Under the pieces are notes generated by a model. The model was not told the DNA's origin and made no database searches. It saw nothing but the letters and a program-made list of their open reading frames with translations. A stretch of 64,000 bases of DNA from Escherichia phage vB_EcoM_FJ1, in the sequence record MZ170040.1; one strand, 5' to 3'. Below, piece after piece: positions 10,548 to 22,018 of this stretch (position 1 is the stretch's first letter; every line of letters starts with the position of its first letter). A program made the position numbers and the translations under genes.

Positions 10548-11386
10548 TAGAATGCTCCTTGGAAAATATTATCACCACAAGTAGGTCTATTATACAAATA
10601 CTCTATACCGCCGGGTTTAATATAGTTCCATGTCTGAAACGGATGTGTCTGATATGGATGATATAGATGATTATAAGGATTAAATCCAGGAGTTCTCCAG
10701 GTAGTGTTCCAACGAAAAGAATCGTTTTTAATCATCTTTTCAATTACATCTTTTATAGCTTTTTCACTATCAAAACTTTCTTTATTTTCCTTTGGTGAAA
10801 AAAACTTATTCTCTACATCGTTCCATGTATAAACTCGCTGAGCAGTTTTTGGAATACTGTCACGTTCCCCTCGAGCCATCCAATAAACAGGAACACTTAA
10901 TATTTCACTCGCGTGATCGCAGTGGTGAGCGAGATCGTCAATATAACAAATTACGTTATATTTCTCTTTTGCCTTTTTGAACAACTCTTCTTTTGAAGAA
11001 TCATGACCACACATCAGTACTTCTGAGAAGGCACCAGGAAAAAGAGCATTCAAATTAAATTGACGATTCAGCAGAGCGTCAATAGAATCACCCAGCGCTG
11101 TAACAGCTACAAAATTATAATCTTCTTTTAATTTGTTAATTACACACAGAGCATCTTTATATGGAGACAAGTAACGAATAAAATCTGAACGATTGTATTT
11201 TTCAATTAACTTGACACCAAGTTCTTCATCACAATTAAAAAGTTTACCAGGAGAAATAAATTTTTCATCTTGGATCATTTTTAAAATATGTTCCAACGGA
11301 AGATTATATTTCTGAGCAAAATAAGGAAGGCCTGATTGCCAGCTTAAACACACTCCATCAATATCAGTTAAAATAGTAGGCTTCAT
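10547..11386 (-). CDS. HAD-superfamily hydrolase-like protein (30.2 position)
   Basis: 279 aa; N-terminal ILTDIDGV (DxDG motif I) and downstream YIDD acidic motif. Confidence 0.7.
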   Translation of the reverse strand: MKPTILTDIDGVCLSWQSGLPYFAQKYNLPLEHILKMIQDEKFISPGKLFNCDEELGVKLIEKYNRSDFIRYLSPYKDALCVINKLKEDYNFVAVTALGDSIDALLNRQFNLNALFPGAFSEVLMCGHDSSKEELFKKAKEKYNVICYIDDLAHHCDHASEILSVPVYWMARGERDSIPKTAQRVYTWNDVENKFFSPKENKESFDSEKAIKDVIEKMIKNDSFRWNTTWRTPGFNPYNHLYHPYQTHPFQTWNYIKPGGIEYLYNRPTCGDNIFQGAF

Positions 11387-11847
11387 AGAGAGTCTCTTAA
11401 TAGGTTTAACACATCAATAAATTCAGCTTCGGTTAGTATTGTATCATCTTTTGTTAGACCACTAGCCATGCTGTGCTTCAAAACTTTTCCTTTCGAGGCT
11501 TGTAATGCATCACGAAAGCCCTTGTTTTGGATCGCTGCTTCAAAATATGCATTTGTGTATAATTCTTTCCACGCCGGGGAGTATCTTGAAAATGGAACTC
11601 CAAGCCAGAAGAGGGTTCCACGGTCCTGAGCTCTTGCATAAGACCTTCCAGCTTGTTGGGCGGCAAGCCCGGATAACCCAAATATACGACGTTGTTGTTC
11701 AACGTTTTTCACCTTGCATCCTTGGAGGAATCCTTCAAGACCTCCAAATTGAATACCATCCATAACGAAAGGCCATTGGGCGAAATTACTTAATGCACAT
11801 GATGGCCACCTAAAATTGCTTCTAATCTCTAACTCAGACATTTTCAA
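11383..11847 (-). CDS. NADAR/YbiA-like domain protein (30.3 position)
   Basis: 154 aa; LSNFAQWPFVMDG...E.FLQGCK resembles the YbiA/NADAR core SNFa.WP..DG...E.yFQa.K. Confidence 0.65.
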   Translation of the reverse strand: MKMSELEIRSNFRWPSCALSNFAQWPFVMDGIQFGGLEGFLQGCKVKNVEQQRRIFGLSGLAAQQAGRSYARAQDRGTLFWLGVPFSRYSPAWKELYTNAYFEAAIQNKGFRDALQASKGKVLKHSMASGLTKDDTILTEAEFIDVLNLLRDSL

Positions 11848-12040
11848 TGCTTATAATTTCAACATCAGCCCAATGACCATAGCAAGGAAGACGAAATTCA
11901 ACTGGCCAGTTAGGGTCCTTTTCTAATATAATAGACTCAACTCGTGGTTCTTCACGTTCATCAGTATATGGATTTTTATCTGTTACTTTATATGTGACCT
12001 TAATGTACTGAATTCCAAAAATCTTATTAATTATATTCAT
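11834..12040 (-). CDS. hypothetical protein
   Basis: 68-aa ORF in operon-like array. Confidence 0.55.
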   Translation of the reverse strand: MNIINKIFGIQYIKVTYKVTDKNPYTDEREEPRVESIILEKDPNWPVEFRLPCYGHWADVEIISIENV

Positions 12041-12234
12041 ACTAATTCCTTTAATCCGTAGATAGGAGATAATTCATCACCCATACGAAGGTCTTCATTT
12101 CCATCTACCCAGGAAACAATATAAGCCTCTTTTATTTGAACACCGCTCCATTTAAATGGAGGTAGAACCTTAGAAATTAATCCAGGTATACCAACTCCCT
12201 TTAATTCAACAGTTTGACCTAAAAAGAATTTCAT
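12037..12234 (-). CDS. hypothetical protein
   Basis: 65-aa ORF, ATGA overlap. Confidence 0.55.
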   Translation of the reverse strand: MKFFLGQTVELKGVGIPGLISKVLPPFKWSGVQIKEAYIVSWVDGNEDLRMGDELSPIYGLKELV

Positions 12235-12521
12235 TAGAACCTCATCTGAAAACCGTGCGATTTAACATTACCGCCGCCAATATCAGAGATATTAATTTCG
12301 CGCGCAATTGAAGGGTCAATGTCAATTTCACGATTGAGTTTAGTGATAGCTAAAGTATCGCGCCCATTTACAGTACGAAACTCTAAAGGACAAACCACAT
12401 CAACGTAGTTTTTAATCGATTCACTGGTAGGCTGCAAATGAGCAGGAAGGTCTTTAGGCGCCTTTGAGAAAACAACTTCACAGAAATTTTTGCGGGTATC
12501 AAAATAAGTAGTCATAAACAT
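12234..12521 (-). CDS. hypothetical protein
   Basis: 95-aa ORF. Confidence 0.55.
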   Translation of the reverse strand: MFMTTYFDTRKNFCEVVFSKAPKDLPAHLQPTSESIKNYVDVVCPLEFRTVNGRDTLAITKLNREIDIDPSIAREINISDIGGGNVKSHGFQMRF

Positions 12522-12560
12522 AGTATTTTCCTCAATAGGGGCCGAAGCCCCTCATTTATT

Positions 12561-12938
12561 TTAAATATCAAATTCGTTAAGAACTACATCAAAGATTGCT
12601 TCCAAGTGCTCAGGTTTAGCTTTGTTACTCAGAATATGACGAATCCAAGTTTTAACTAAGAGTTTACGATTAGCACCATTCCAGCAAGGATGAGTCCCTA
12701 AATCACGTTGACGGAAATCATCATCCAGAGCGATTTTAAAGTTGGAACCTTCCATCGTGATTGAAACCGTGATACCGTTTTCAAATCGCATATAAACGTA
12801 GTTAGGAGTCATATACTGTTCAATTTCGCATACTGATCCATTTTGATGTTTCCAAAGGCAGATGGTATCAATAGAACCTGCAATACCATTAGAAACATAT
12901 TTACGTTCAAAGTTAATGTAGTTCATTTTATTCTCCAA
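12561..12938 (-). CDS. hypothetical protein
   Basis: 125-aa ORF; hairpin GGGGCCGAAGCCCC after stop. Confidence 0.6.
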   Translation of the reverse strand: MENKMNYINFERKYVSNGIAGSIDTICLWKHQNGSVCEIEQYMTPNYVYMRFENGITVSITMEGSNFKIALDDDFRQRDLGTHPCWNGANRKLLVKTWIRHILSNKAKPEHLEAIFDVVLNEFDI

Positions 12939-12993
12939 GATGTTTAATTGCGGTACAGGTATATAATATCATGTCCTGTACCAAAGTAAACAA

Positions 12994-13326
12994 TTATTTT
13001 ACTACTTTCCAATGCTGCATGTCAAGTTTACCAACTTTTTTCATCTTCTCAATTAAGCGTTCGGCACGTTGGCGAGCTGTAACATAATACCATTCACCTA
13101 ATTCATTTTGTTCAATTTTTCCAACGATTACTGTATTCAATTCATAAATCCAACCAGTAAAGAAATTATGAACTTGAATTGTAAAGGTGAAATCTGTTCC
13201 CATACCTTCTGTTGTTTCTACTTCAATAATATCACCTTCAACTGCCATTAAGAACCACATAGTTTCATCATATTTACCATTGAAGCATTTAGTTTTAACT
13301 GCAGCGTTCAGATTAATCGTTTTCAT
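12994..13326 (-). CDS. hypothetical protein
   Basis: 110-aa ORF preceded by early promoter with stem-loop in spacer. Confidence 0.6.
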   Translation of the reverse strand: MKTINLNAAVKTKCFNGKYDETMWFLMAVEGDIIEVETTEGMGTDFTFTIQVHNFFTGWIYELNTVIVGKIEQNELGEWYYVTARQRAERLIEKMKKVGKLDMQHWKVVK

Positions 13327-13436
13327 TTTATTCTCCTTTGTTTGTGTAAGATAATACTATCACAAAGGAACCATACTGTAAACAACTTTATGCAATCTTT
13401 GGAAAATAAAAAAGGACTCCCGAAGGAGTCCTCAAC

Positions 13437-13613
13437 TTATGCTTTCTGCTTACCAAAACGAGAAGCATCATCTCGAAGAACCGCACGTGCTCGGCGCATG
13501 ATCTTCTCAACAGTTTGATTGATACGAGAGTTCGACCCACGCTTGTAGCCAGCGCGTTTAGAATCACCAACTTTCTTTTCAACTGCTTTCTTTGCTTTAG
13601 CTTGTTTTGCCAT
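13437..13613 (-). CDS. hypothetical basic protein (Lys/Arg-rich)
   Basis: ORF track 13437-13655; likely start at internal ATG 13613 (MAKQAKAKK...), 58 aa; hairpin GGACTCCCGAAGGAGTCC downstream. Confidence 0.5.
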   Translation of the reverse strand: MAKQAKAKKAVEKKVGDSKRAGYKRGSNSRINQTVEKIMRRARAVLRDDASRFGKQKA

Positions 13614-14011
13614 TATAAATTCTCTTTTAAATGAAAATGCAGGACTTATTGGCATTGCCTGCGCAAGCCCTCAAGGGGAACATAGGTTTTTGGATATTTA
13701 ACGACCAGGATAACCATAAACCCGTCATCATACCTTATAGCTCTTATCTGTTGCACACCGTTAGCTTAAAGGTTCCGGGTTCGATTTCTCGAGGATAAGA
13801 TATATACTGATGGATATATAGGCCTTGAGGCGTACTCCCGATTGGCCATCACCTCGGGGTAGCATGCACTTGCCGCTATAAGAATAACATTCAAGAGGTA
13901 CACCGTAAAACTGCCGGGGTCTTAAAACTATAATGATTCGCAAATCATTAATCAGACAGTTCGACGGCTCCTCGATTTTAGCTCACACTAAGGCAGTGAA
14001 TCTCCAGTAAA

Positions 14012-14260
14012 TTACTTCAGTGTTACCACAAAGTGACGAACTGCTTTTCGTGCAGCAGAAGCCAGAGGCTTAGCATATTTAAGTTCATCTTTTTCCTGAA
14101 GCTCAGCAGCTAATGCAGTTTGAGCAGGATTCAGATGTTTGAAATAACGCAGGATTTCAAGAGCTTCGGCTTCAACATCAATAGATGCGCCATAGTTTTC
14201 GTGACCATTATTCCATGCGTTTCGTTGCAGTTCAAGAGCGTGTTGTAATTGTTTAATCAT
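14012..14260 (-). CDS. rIII: lysis inhibition accessory protein rIII
   Basis: 82 aa as T4 rIII; position between 30.x cluster and gene 31. Confidence 0.85.
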   Translation of the reverse strand: MIKQLQHALELQRNAWNNGHENYGASIDVEAEALEILRYFKHLNPAQTALAAELQEKDELKYAKPLASAARKAVRHFVVTLK

Positions 14261-14399
14261 TTAAAAATTCTCGTTAGAGATTAAAACTCGGTAGTCACGT
14301 TCTTCTGAATTTCATCTTCTTTCGACAGATCTCTCAGTTGTAGACTACCACATAGAATTGTTCGGTTAACTTATTATTCCGACACCCAATTCATATTAT

Positions 14400-14407
14400 T
14401 ATTTATA
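14400..14407 (-). promoter_or_regulatory. candidate late promoter TATAAATA upstream of rIII
   Basis: Minus-strand TATAAATA directly after gene 31 stop. Confidence 0.4.
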
Positions 14408-14743
14408 TCACTTATAAAGACACGGAATAGCTTTATAGTGACAGGTAACAAATTTTTGTTTAATTTCTTTTGGCTGCTTAAGACCCAGAGCTACAAAAGG
14501 ATGCGGAACATTTCGAATTTGACCAACTGGGAGAGAAGTCAAATCACCAACTTCGCAGAAACCTTCAGGAACATCAGGACCGACAGAGTGAATTACACAC
14601 AGTTCAGGAACTTCACCTTGAACACGTTTACCGATAATAAGTCCTGATTCTGTAACTTCTTCATCACCGGCTTGTGCAGGTTCAGAAACTAAAATAACAT
14701 ATTCACCGACAGCACGAATTGGTAGCTGTTGTACTTCAGACAT
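14408..14743 (-). CDS. 31: co-chaperonin gp31 (GroES analogue for capsid folding)
   Basis: 111 aa as T4 gp31; synteny. Confidence 0.85.
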   Translation of the reverse strand: MSEVQQLPIRAVGEYVILVSEPAQAGDEEVTESGLIIGKRVQGEVPELCVIHSVGPDVPEGFCEVGDLTSLPVGQIRNVPHPFVALGLKQPKEIKQKFVTCHYKAIPCLYK

Positions 14744-14799
14744 CGTTTTTCCTTTTTGTTAACAGATGAGTTAATAATAACAAATAATTCTTAAAGCAT

Positions 14800-15108
14800 T
14801 TATTTACCAATAAATTGAAGCAAATGCTCAACTTTCATACCATTAACAGAAATCAATTTGTCAATAGAAAAACCTCGCCAAGCGCCAAGTTCAACATCAA
14901 ATACTGGAATCATATCCGTAGATTCTTTCCGAGTAGATTCAGTCAATTTACCGGTTTGCATGGTTGGCATAAAGTCTGCATCACGAGTACCTTTCATAGT
15001 ACGAATAGTACCATCAGACTTTTCAAAAACTACGTTTGAAACACCCATGGACAATTTAGTTTTCAAAATTTCACGAATTGCTACTTTCTGCTCAGTTGTT
15101 AGTTTCAT
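14800..15108 (-). CDS. hypothetical protein (31.1 position)
   Basis: 102-aa ORF. Confidence 0.6.
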   Translation of the reverse strand: MKLTTEQKVAIREILKTKLSMGVSNVVFEKSDGTIRTMKGTRDADFMPTMQTGKLTESTRKESTDMIPVFDVELGAWRGFSIDKLISVNGMKVEHLLQFIGK

Positions 15109-15345
15109 TTATTTACCTATCACAGTTTTAATATGAGTTGTTCCACGTTCTTTAAGGGTGGAAAGTAATTTTTGGCATTTTTCTAAATCAGATTTCCAAC
15201 TATATGGTTTATCAATACAAACCCAATTTGTCTTATAATACTGTTTCCATTTAGAGAAAAAATATTTCTTATACTCTACAGCAAATGAGATGTTCTCGTT
15301 AGAATAAGAACTAATTGCTGTGAGCTTTACCAAACGAAATTTCAT
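15109..15345 (-). CDS. hypothetical protein (31.2 position)
   Basis: 78-aa ORF. Confidence 0.55.
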   Translation of the reverse strand: MKFRLVKLTAISSYSNENISFAVEYKKYFFSKWKQYYKTNWVCIDKPYSWKSDLEKCQKLLSTLKERGTTHIKTVIGK

Positions 15346-15926
15346 TATTCACCGCAGAATTCGTTGATATTTTCCCAGTTTAACTTATTCAAGTTTTTCT
15401 TAGGAACATTAAACACTTCAATACCTGCATTTCGCAGAATATCATCCCAACCAGGTTTATTTTTGTCGTATGTTTCACAATAAACCAGCTTTTTAATACC
15501 AGATTGAGCTATCGCTTTTGCGCAATCTGGGCAAGGAGAAAGTGTTACATACATAGTAGCACCTTCAATAGAAGAACCATTTCGTGCAGCAAACAAAATT
15601 GCATTTAGTTCAGCATGAATTTCATTTTTAGATGACCATTCCGAGTGAGCACTACGATGTTCTTTCGCCAAAACAAAACGATCAGTTGAACCAAATGATA
15701 CGCATTCAGGCTTATGACCTTGAATGATAGTATGTTTAGGCTTATTCAACAACCAACCTTGCTCAGCAGCATAATCACAACAGTTCACACCCCCTGCGGG
15801 TGAACCATTATACCCAGTAGAAATAATACGTCCATTCTTTTCAATTACTGCTCCTACCTTCCAGGAGCAACATTTTGATTCCTGCGATACTAAATATGCA
15901 ATTTGAAGTACTGTACTCGCTTTCAT
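15345..15926 (-). CDS. cd: dCMP deaminase
   Basis: 193 aa; zinc-binding HAE...PCPDC deaminase motif. Confidence 0.9.
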   Translation of the reverse strand: MKASTVLQIAYLVSQESKCCSWKVGAVIEKNGRIISTGYNGSPAGGVNCCDYAAEQGWLLNKPKHTIIQGHKPECVSFGSTDRFVLAKEHRSAHSEWSSKNEIHAELNAILFAARNGSSIEGATMYVTLSPCPDCAKAIAQSGIKKLVYCETYDKNKPGWDDILRNAGIEVFNVPKKNLNKLNWENINEFCGE

Positions 15927-16261
15927 TTCATAATCACCAGATAAGCAGATTTAGCAGTTTCAACACGATAAATTTCGTGACGAAGTTTAGTTATACTTTT
16001 AATAACAGAACTAATTATATTCTGCCCATCTTTAAAGCGGTTTTTCTTATCAATAAAAACTACACCAGTCATCTTTTTGTGAAGCTCAACTGGATACTTC
16101 GTCACAATAATAGCATCATACACAGAAGGATGAATACTATTCACCAGAGTATCATTCATTAAAGTTATTCTAATGAACTTTGCTGTTTCAGAGTCAAGCG
16201 CTCTATGATCACCAGTATCATTTTCAAGACAATTATCAATTATATCAGTTAAATTCATCAT
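15923..16261 (-). CDS. hypothetical protein (cd.1 position)
   Basis: 112-aa ORF, ATGA overlap with cd. Confidence 0.6.
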   Translation of the reverse strand: MMNLTDIIDNCLENDTGDHRALDSETAKFIRITLMNDTLVNSIHPSVYDAIIVTKYPVELHKKMTGVVFIDKKNRFKDGQNIISSVIKSITKLRHEIYRVETAKSAYLVIMK

Positions 16262-16494
16262 AGTACGCCATACACCCTTTGTGCTTCAACTAATCCATCA
16301 AAATCCAGTTTAAGATGCGATATTTGATCGCCATCACCTGGATTCACAATTACTAATACTGAACGAGGAGTTTCGGTAATAACACGAACCGATGTTTCAG
16401 GAAATCGTTCAGAAACCTTATTTACCAATTCCTGCGCAAATAGTTTAACTTTTTCTTGGAATTCTTTAACAGTAATTGGTTTTTCACTTAGCAT
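16258..16494 (-). CDS. hypothetical protein
   Basis: 78-aa ORF, overlaps neighbours by 4-7 nt. Confidence 0.55.
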   Translation of the reverse strand: MLSEKPITVKEFQEKVKLFAQELVNKVSERFPETSVRVITETPRSVLVIVNPGDGDQISHLKLDFDGLVEAQRVYGVL

Positions 16495-17015
16495 GTTGAT
16501 CCCAGCTCCTTACTTTCAACGTTTTTAACTAATTTGACAGAAACTAATTCAGCATCTTGAGTAATCATTACCGGGCCTTCTTCATACTCTTCAAGATATT
16601 CTAGAGCTTTCTTTTTAGCTTCTTCCTTCGTATCAGTTTGAGCATAGATATAAAACATACAACCAGTAATACCTACTACTTTCCACTTAATTTCTTTATC
16701 AGTTTTAATTTCAAATTTACTGACAGAATCATCTTTTTGAACTTCTTCGAAAAAAGAATATTCTAACATATAAGCAATTGAAAATAACGGGCTAACTTTA
16801 TAAGATTCGCCCATTACATCAACAGCTTTATACCAACAATCATCAATTTCGCGTTTAATGCTAATAACATTTTTCGCAGGATCTATTTTTACTTTAAATG
16901 AATTTTCCCCAATAAACTGGGCAATTCGTTTATTAGCCCCGCAAGTTTCATTAAAAATATCTTTATATCCAGCTTTAAAGCGATAAACCTTATCTTCTTC
17001 AAACCATTCGCTCAT
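16488..17015 (-). CDS. hypothetical protein
   Basis: 175-aa ORF with SD; early promoter upstream. Confidence 0.6.
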   Translation of the reverse strand: MSEWFEEDKVYRFKAGYKDIFNETCGANKRIAQFIGENSFKVKIDPAKNVISIKREIDDCWYKAVDVMGESYKVSPLFSIAYMLEYSFFEEVQKDDSVSKFEIKTDKEIKWKVVGITGCMFYIYAQTDTKEEAKKKALEYLEEYEEGPVMITQDAELVSVKLVKNVESKELGSTC

Positions 17016-17045
17016 TTCAATTTCCTCATTTGTTTTGGTAGAGCT

Positions 17046-17075
17046 ATAATATCACAACTCTACCGTAAAGTAAAC
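17046..17075 (-). promoter_or_regulatory. early promoter (GTTTAC-N18-TATTAT)
   Basis: Minus strand GTTTACTTTACGGTAGAGTTGTGATATTAT upstream of ORF 16488-17015. Confidence 0.55.
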
Positions 17076-17077
17076 TA

Positions 17078-17383
17078 TTAAATTGCTTTGAATTCTGATG
17101 TCTGTGATTCAAAGCGAATATCGCCTTTGATGACTAGCTCAGCATCAAGACCGAATACAACAATGATATGCGCGGAACCTGGATACAACGTGATGGCAAC
17201 AGAATCCACCTGGTCTGGAAGCAAAGTATTCAATACATGAGTCACTTGAGCGTGGATTCGAAGTTCAGCTGCATTATCAAGCTTTTCAAACATGTTATTA
17301 GCGATAATTTGGCTAAACACTACTTCTACGATTTTAGAGTAAGTCGGAAACATATTTACCTCACATAATTTTCTTCGAGCCAA
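17078..17383 (-). CDS. hypothetical protein
   Basis: 101-aa ORF. Confidence 0.55.
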   Translation of the reverse strand: MARRKLCEVNMFPTYSKIVEVVFSQIIANNMFEKLDNAAELRIHAQVTHVLNTLLPDQVDSVAITLYPGSAHIIVVFGLDAELVIKGDIRFESQTSEFKAI

Positions 17384-17556
17384 TCAATAACATCCAAAGC
17401 GTTATCAAAAGTTGAACCATCTACTTTGTCTTCTGTTTCATAATCAAGAACATCTAGGCCTACTCTTCCGTCAACAATAGGCCATAAACAAAATAGATAT
17501 TTCTTTTCTTTTTCAATTTTATCACAAAGACGATAAATCTTTTCTATATTATTCAT
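17356..17556 (-). CDS. hypothetical protein
   Basis: 66-aa ORF. Confidence 0.5.
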   Translation of the reverse strand: MNNIEKIYRLCDKIEKEKKYLFCLWPIVDGRVGLDVLDYETEDKVDGSTFDNALDVIDWLEENYVR

Positions 17557-17745
17557 AAGTTTTCCATGGTAAAGGCAGTTTAGTTTTCTTTACTGTTAGT
17601 TCAATATCAGGATTCTTTTCTCTTAATTTAAGGCATTCCTCCCAAGCTCTGATTTCACTAGTGAATACACAAAATTGCCCATTACTAGTACCAACTAAAC
17701 CACTATTTACAATAACAATAGACCAAGTTTCATGATGCCACGCCA

Positions 17746-17746
<1 letters not shown>
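17549..17746 (-). CDS. hypothetical protein
   Basis: 65-aa ORF. Confidence 0.5.
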
Positions 17747-18971
<1,225 letters not shown>

Positions 18972-18974
18972 TTA

Positions 18975-19205
18975 TTATTTCTCAACCAATGATTGAATAT
19001 AATCATGCAGGTCTTTAGATGCTTTACCCCACTTATTTTGGTATTCATTTTTAAGATTAGCCCGAGATTGAGCTAATAAAACATCATTAGTTGGAGGTAA
19101 AGATTCTAACCGTTGAATCTGGCGTCCATAAATCATTGCAGCCATCTCGGATTCATAAATCAATCCTTTGAGATGTTCAAATTGATGCCATGAAATCATT
19201 TGCAT
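18975..19205 (-). CDS. hypothetical protein
   Basis: 76-aa ORF. Confidence 0.5.
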   Translation of the reverse strand: MQMISWHQFEHLKGLIYESEMAAMIYGRQIQRLESLPPTNDVLLAQSRANLKNEYQNKWGKASKDLHDYIQSLVEK

Positions 19206-19495
19206 TTATCCTCTTTTAGCTCTTGACGATAATAACATATCATAGTTTTTTGGTCATGTACATATCGTTTTACATCATTAAGCCAAATACGAAATTCCTG
19301 GGAATCTTCAAATGGCATACCGACCCAAGCTTTACCATCAATAACTTTAACTTGCCAAGATAGTTTAGCTTCATCATATGACTTTATTTGTACAGGCCAA
19401 TTAGGATGAACTGTTTCTTTCTTTACTTCTAGAGGCTTTGTCGAACAACCAACTAGAAGACCAATAGATAATATTACTGCTGATAGTTTAATCAT
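19196..19495 (-). CDS. o-spanin (outer-membrane lipoprotein)
   Basis: 99 aa; signal peptide with lipobox LLVGC; overlaps i-spanin gene by 4 nt; pseT.2 position. Confidence 0.75.
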   Translation of the reverse strand: MIKLSAVILSIGLLVGCSTKPLEVKKETVHPNWPVQIKSYDEAKLSWQVKVIDGKAWVGMPFEDSQEFRIWLNDVKRYVHDQKTMICYYRQELKEDKCK

Positions 19496-19845
19496 TTAGA
19501 AAGGTCCTGGATGTCTTCTGCGAACTTGTTGAAGGAGTTGTTGATTTGTTTTTCAACCAATCCTGGCTTATGAGCCACCACATCCGCCTTCTTTGCGTCT
19601 TTGCGCAGTTTTTCATTTTCACGCTCAATAGCAGCAATTGCCTCACGATTTTTATTATTCATCGCATCAATATAATTATACTGAATTCGCAAATTATTTA
19701 ATGCTAAGGCGTTTTCATTGGCCGTTTTTGTAATTTCTACAACAGACGTTTCTAATCTTTCAATTTTATTTTTTAAAATTAAAGAAGTTCCGCCCAATGC
19801 AATTACAATTAATAGCAAGCCTGCTGTCGTATTACTTAATTGCAT
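19492..19845 (-). CDS. i-spanin (N-terminal TM anchor plus periplasmic coiled coil)
   Basis: 117 aa; N-terminal hydrophobic segment then heptad-like coiled coil; pseT.3 position next to alc. Confidence 0.75.
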   Translation of the reverse strand: MQLSNTTAGLLLIVIALGGTSLILKNKIERLETSVVEITKTANENALALNNLRIQYNYIDAMNNKNREAIAAIERENEKLRKDAKKADVVAHKPGLVEKQINNSFNKFAEDIQDLSK

Positions 19846-20342
19846 AAAGTTTTAATAACCTCTATAATATCGTCTTGAGAAAGACCGTTAATTAAAATAT
19901 GATGTTCAGCCGGAGATTTAGAAATTTTAAAGCATGCCTCAACATCTTCTGCCATATCCGATGCGCTACGATTTGGATTACTAATCCCAAGGCGGTGTTT
20001 TCCCGTCAAAGGATTAACGATGATATAGCATTTACAACTATTGATATGAACATTAGGCTGAGTCTGATTAATGAACACTTCACAATCATACTTAGCGAGT
20101 TGATTTTCTAAAAAGACTTTCATCTCTTCAACCGCATCAGGAAGCATATCACGGGCTTGCTCAAGACGACGATTTCGATATTCTTTAATGGTCGTTTTCC
20201 GCTTGACTTGCTTAGCTAAATCTTTCTTAAGATCAGTGATATATCCAACTCGACGATTTCCTTTGAATACCGAAATCCCATCTGTAGTATCACCGTATGC
20301 TTCAACGACCATTTCAGTAGTAATAAGTTGTAAATCCATCAT
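19836..20342 (-). CDS. alc: Alc, inhibitor of host transcription on cytosine-containing DNA
   Basis: 168 aa (T4 Alc 167); position between pseT.3 and rnlA. Confidence 0.8.
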   Translation of the reverse strand: MMDLQLITTEMVVEAYGDTTDGISVFKGNRRVGYITDLKKDLAKQVKRKTTIKEYRNRRLEQARDMLPDAVEEMKVFLENQLAKYDCEVFINQTQPNVHINSCKCYIIVNPLTGKHRLGISNPNRSASDMAEDVEACFKISKSPAEHHILINGLSQDDIIEVIKTLCN

Positions 20343-20346
20343 AAAG

Positions 20347-20400
20347 TCCTCATGTTATGTCAGTAAGACTACTATAACACAACACGAGGGACTTGTAAAC
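20347..20400 (-). promoter_or_regulatory. early promoter/leader cassette, copy B of the 54-bp perfect repeat
   Basis: Identical to 6073-6126; immediately upstream of alc. Confidence 0.7.
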
Positions 20401-20403
20401 AGC

Positions 20404-21991
<1,588 letters not shown>

Positions 21992-22018
21992 AATAAAATG
22001 GGCCTTGCGGCCCACTCC

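Noticed and set aside
10281-10550. Plus-strand 89-aa ORF
   Set aside because: It is the exact antisense of the 30.1-position gene inside a minus-strand operon, so it is a shadow ORF
13771-13800. tRNA-like GGTTCGATT (T-loop-like) motif in the GC-rich non-coding island
   Set aside because: Flanking bases do not form a T-stem, and no acceptor stem, D-arm or anticodon arm could be built on either strand
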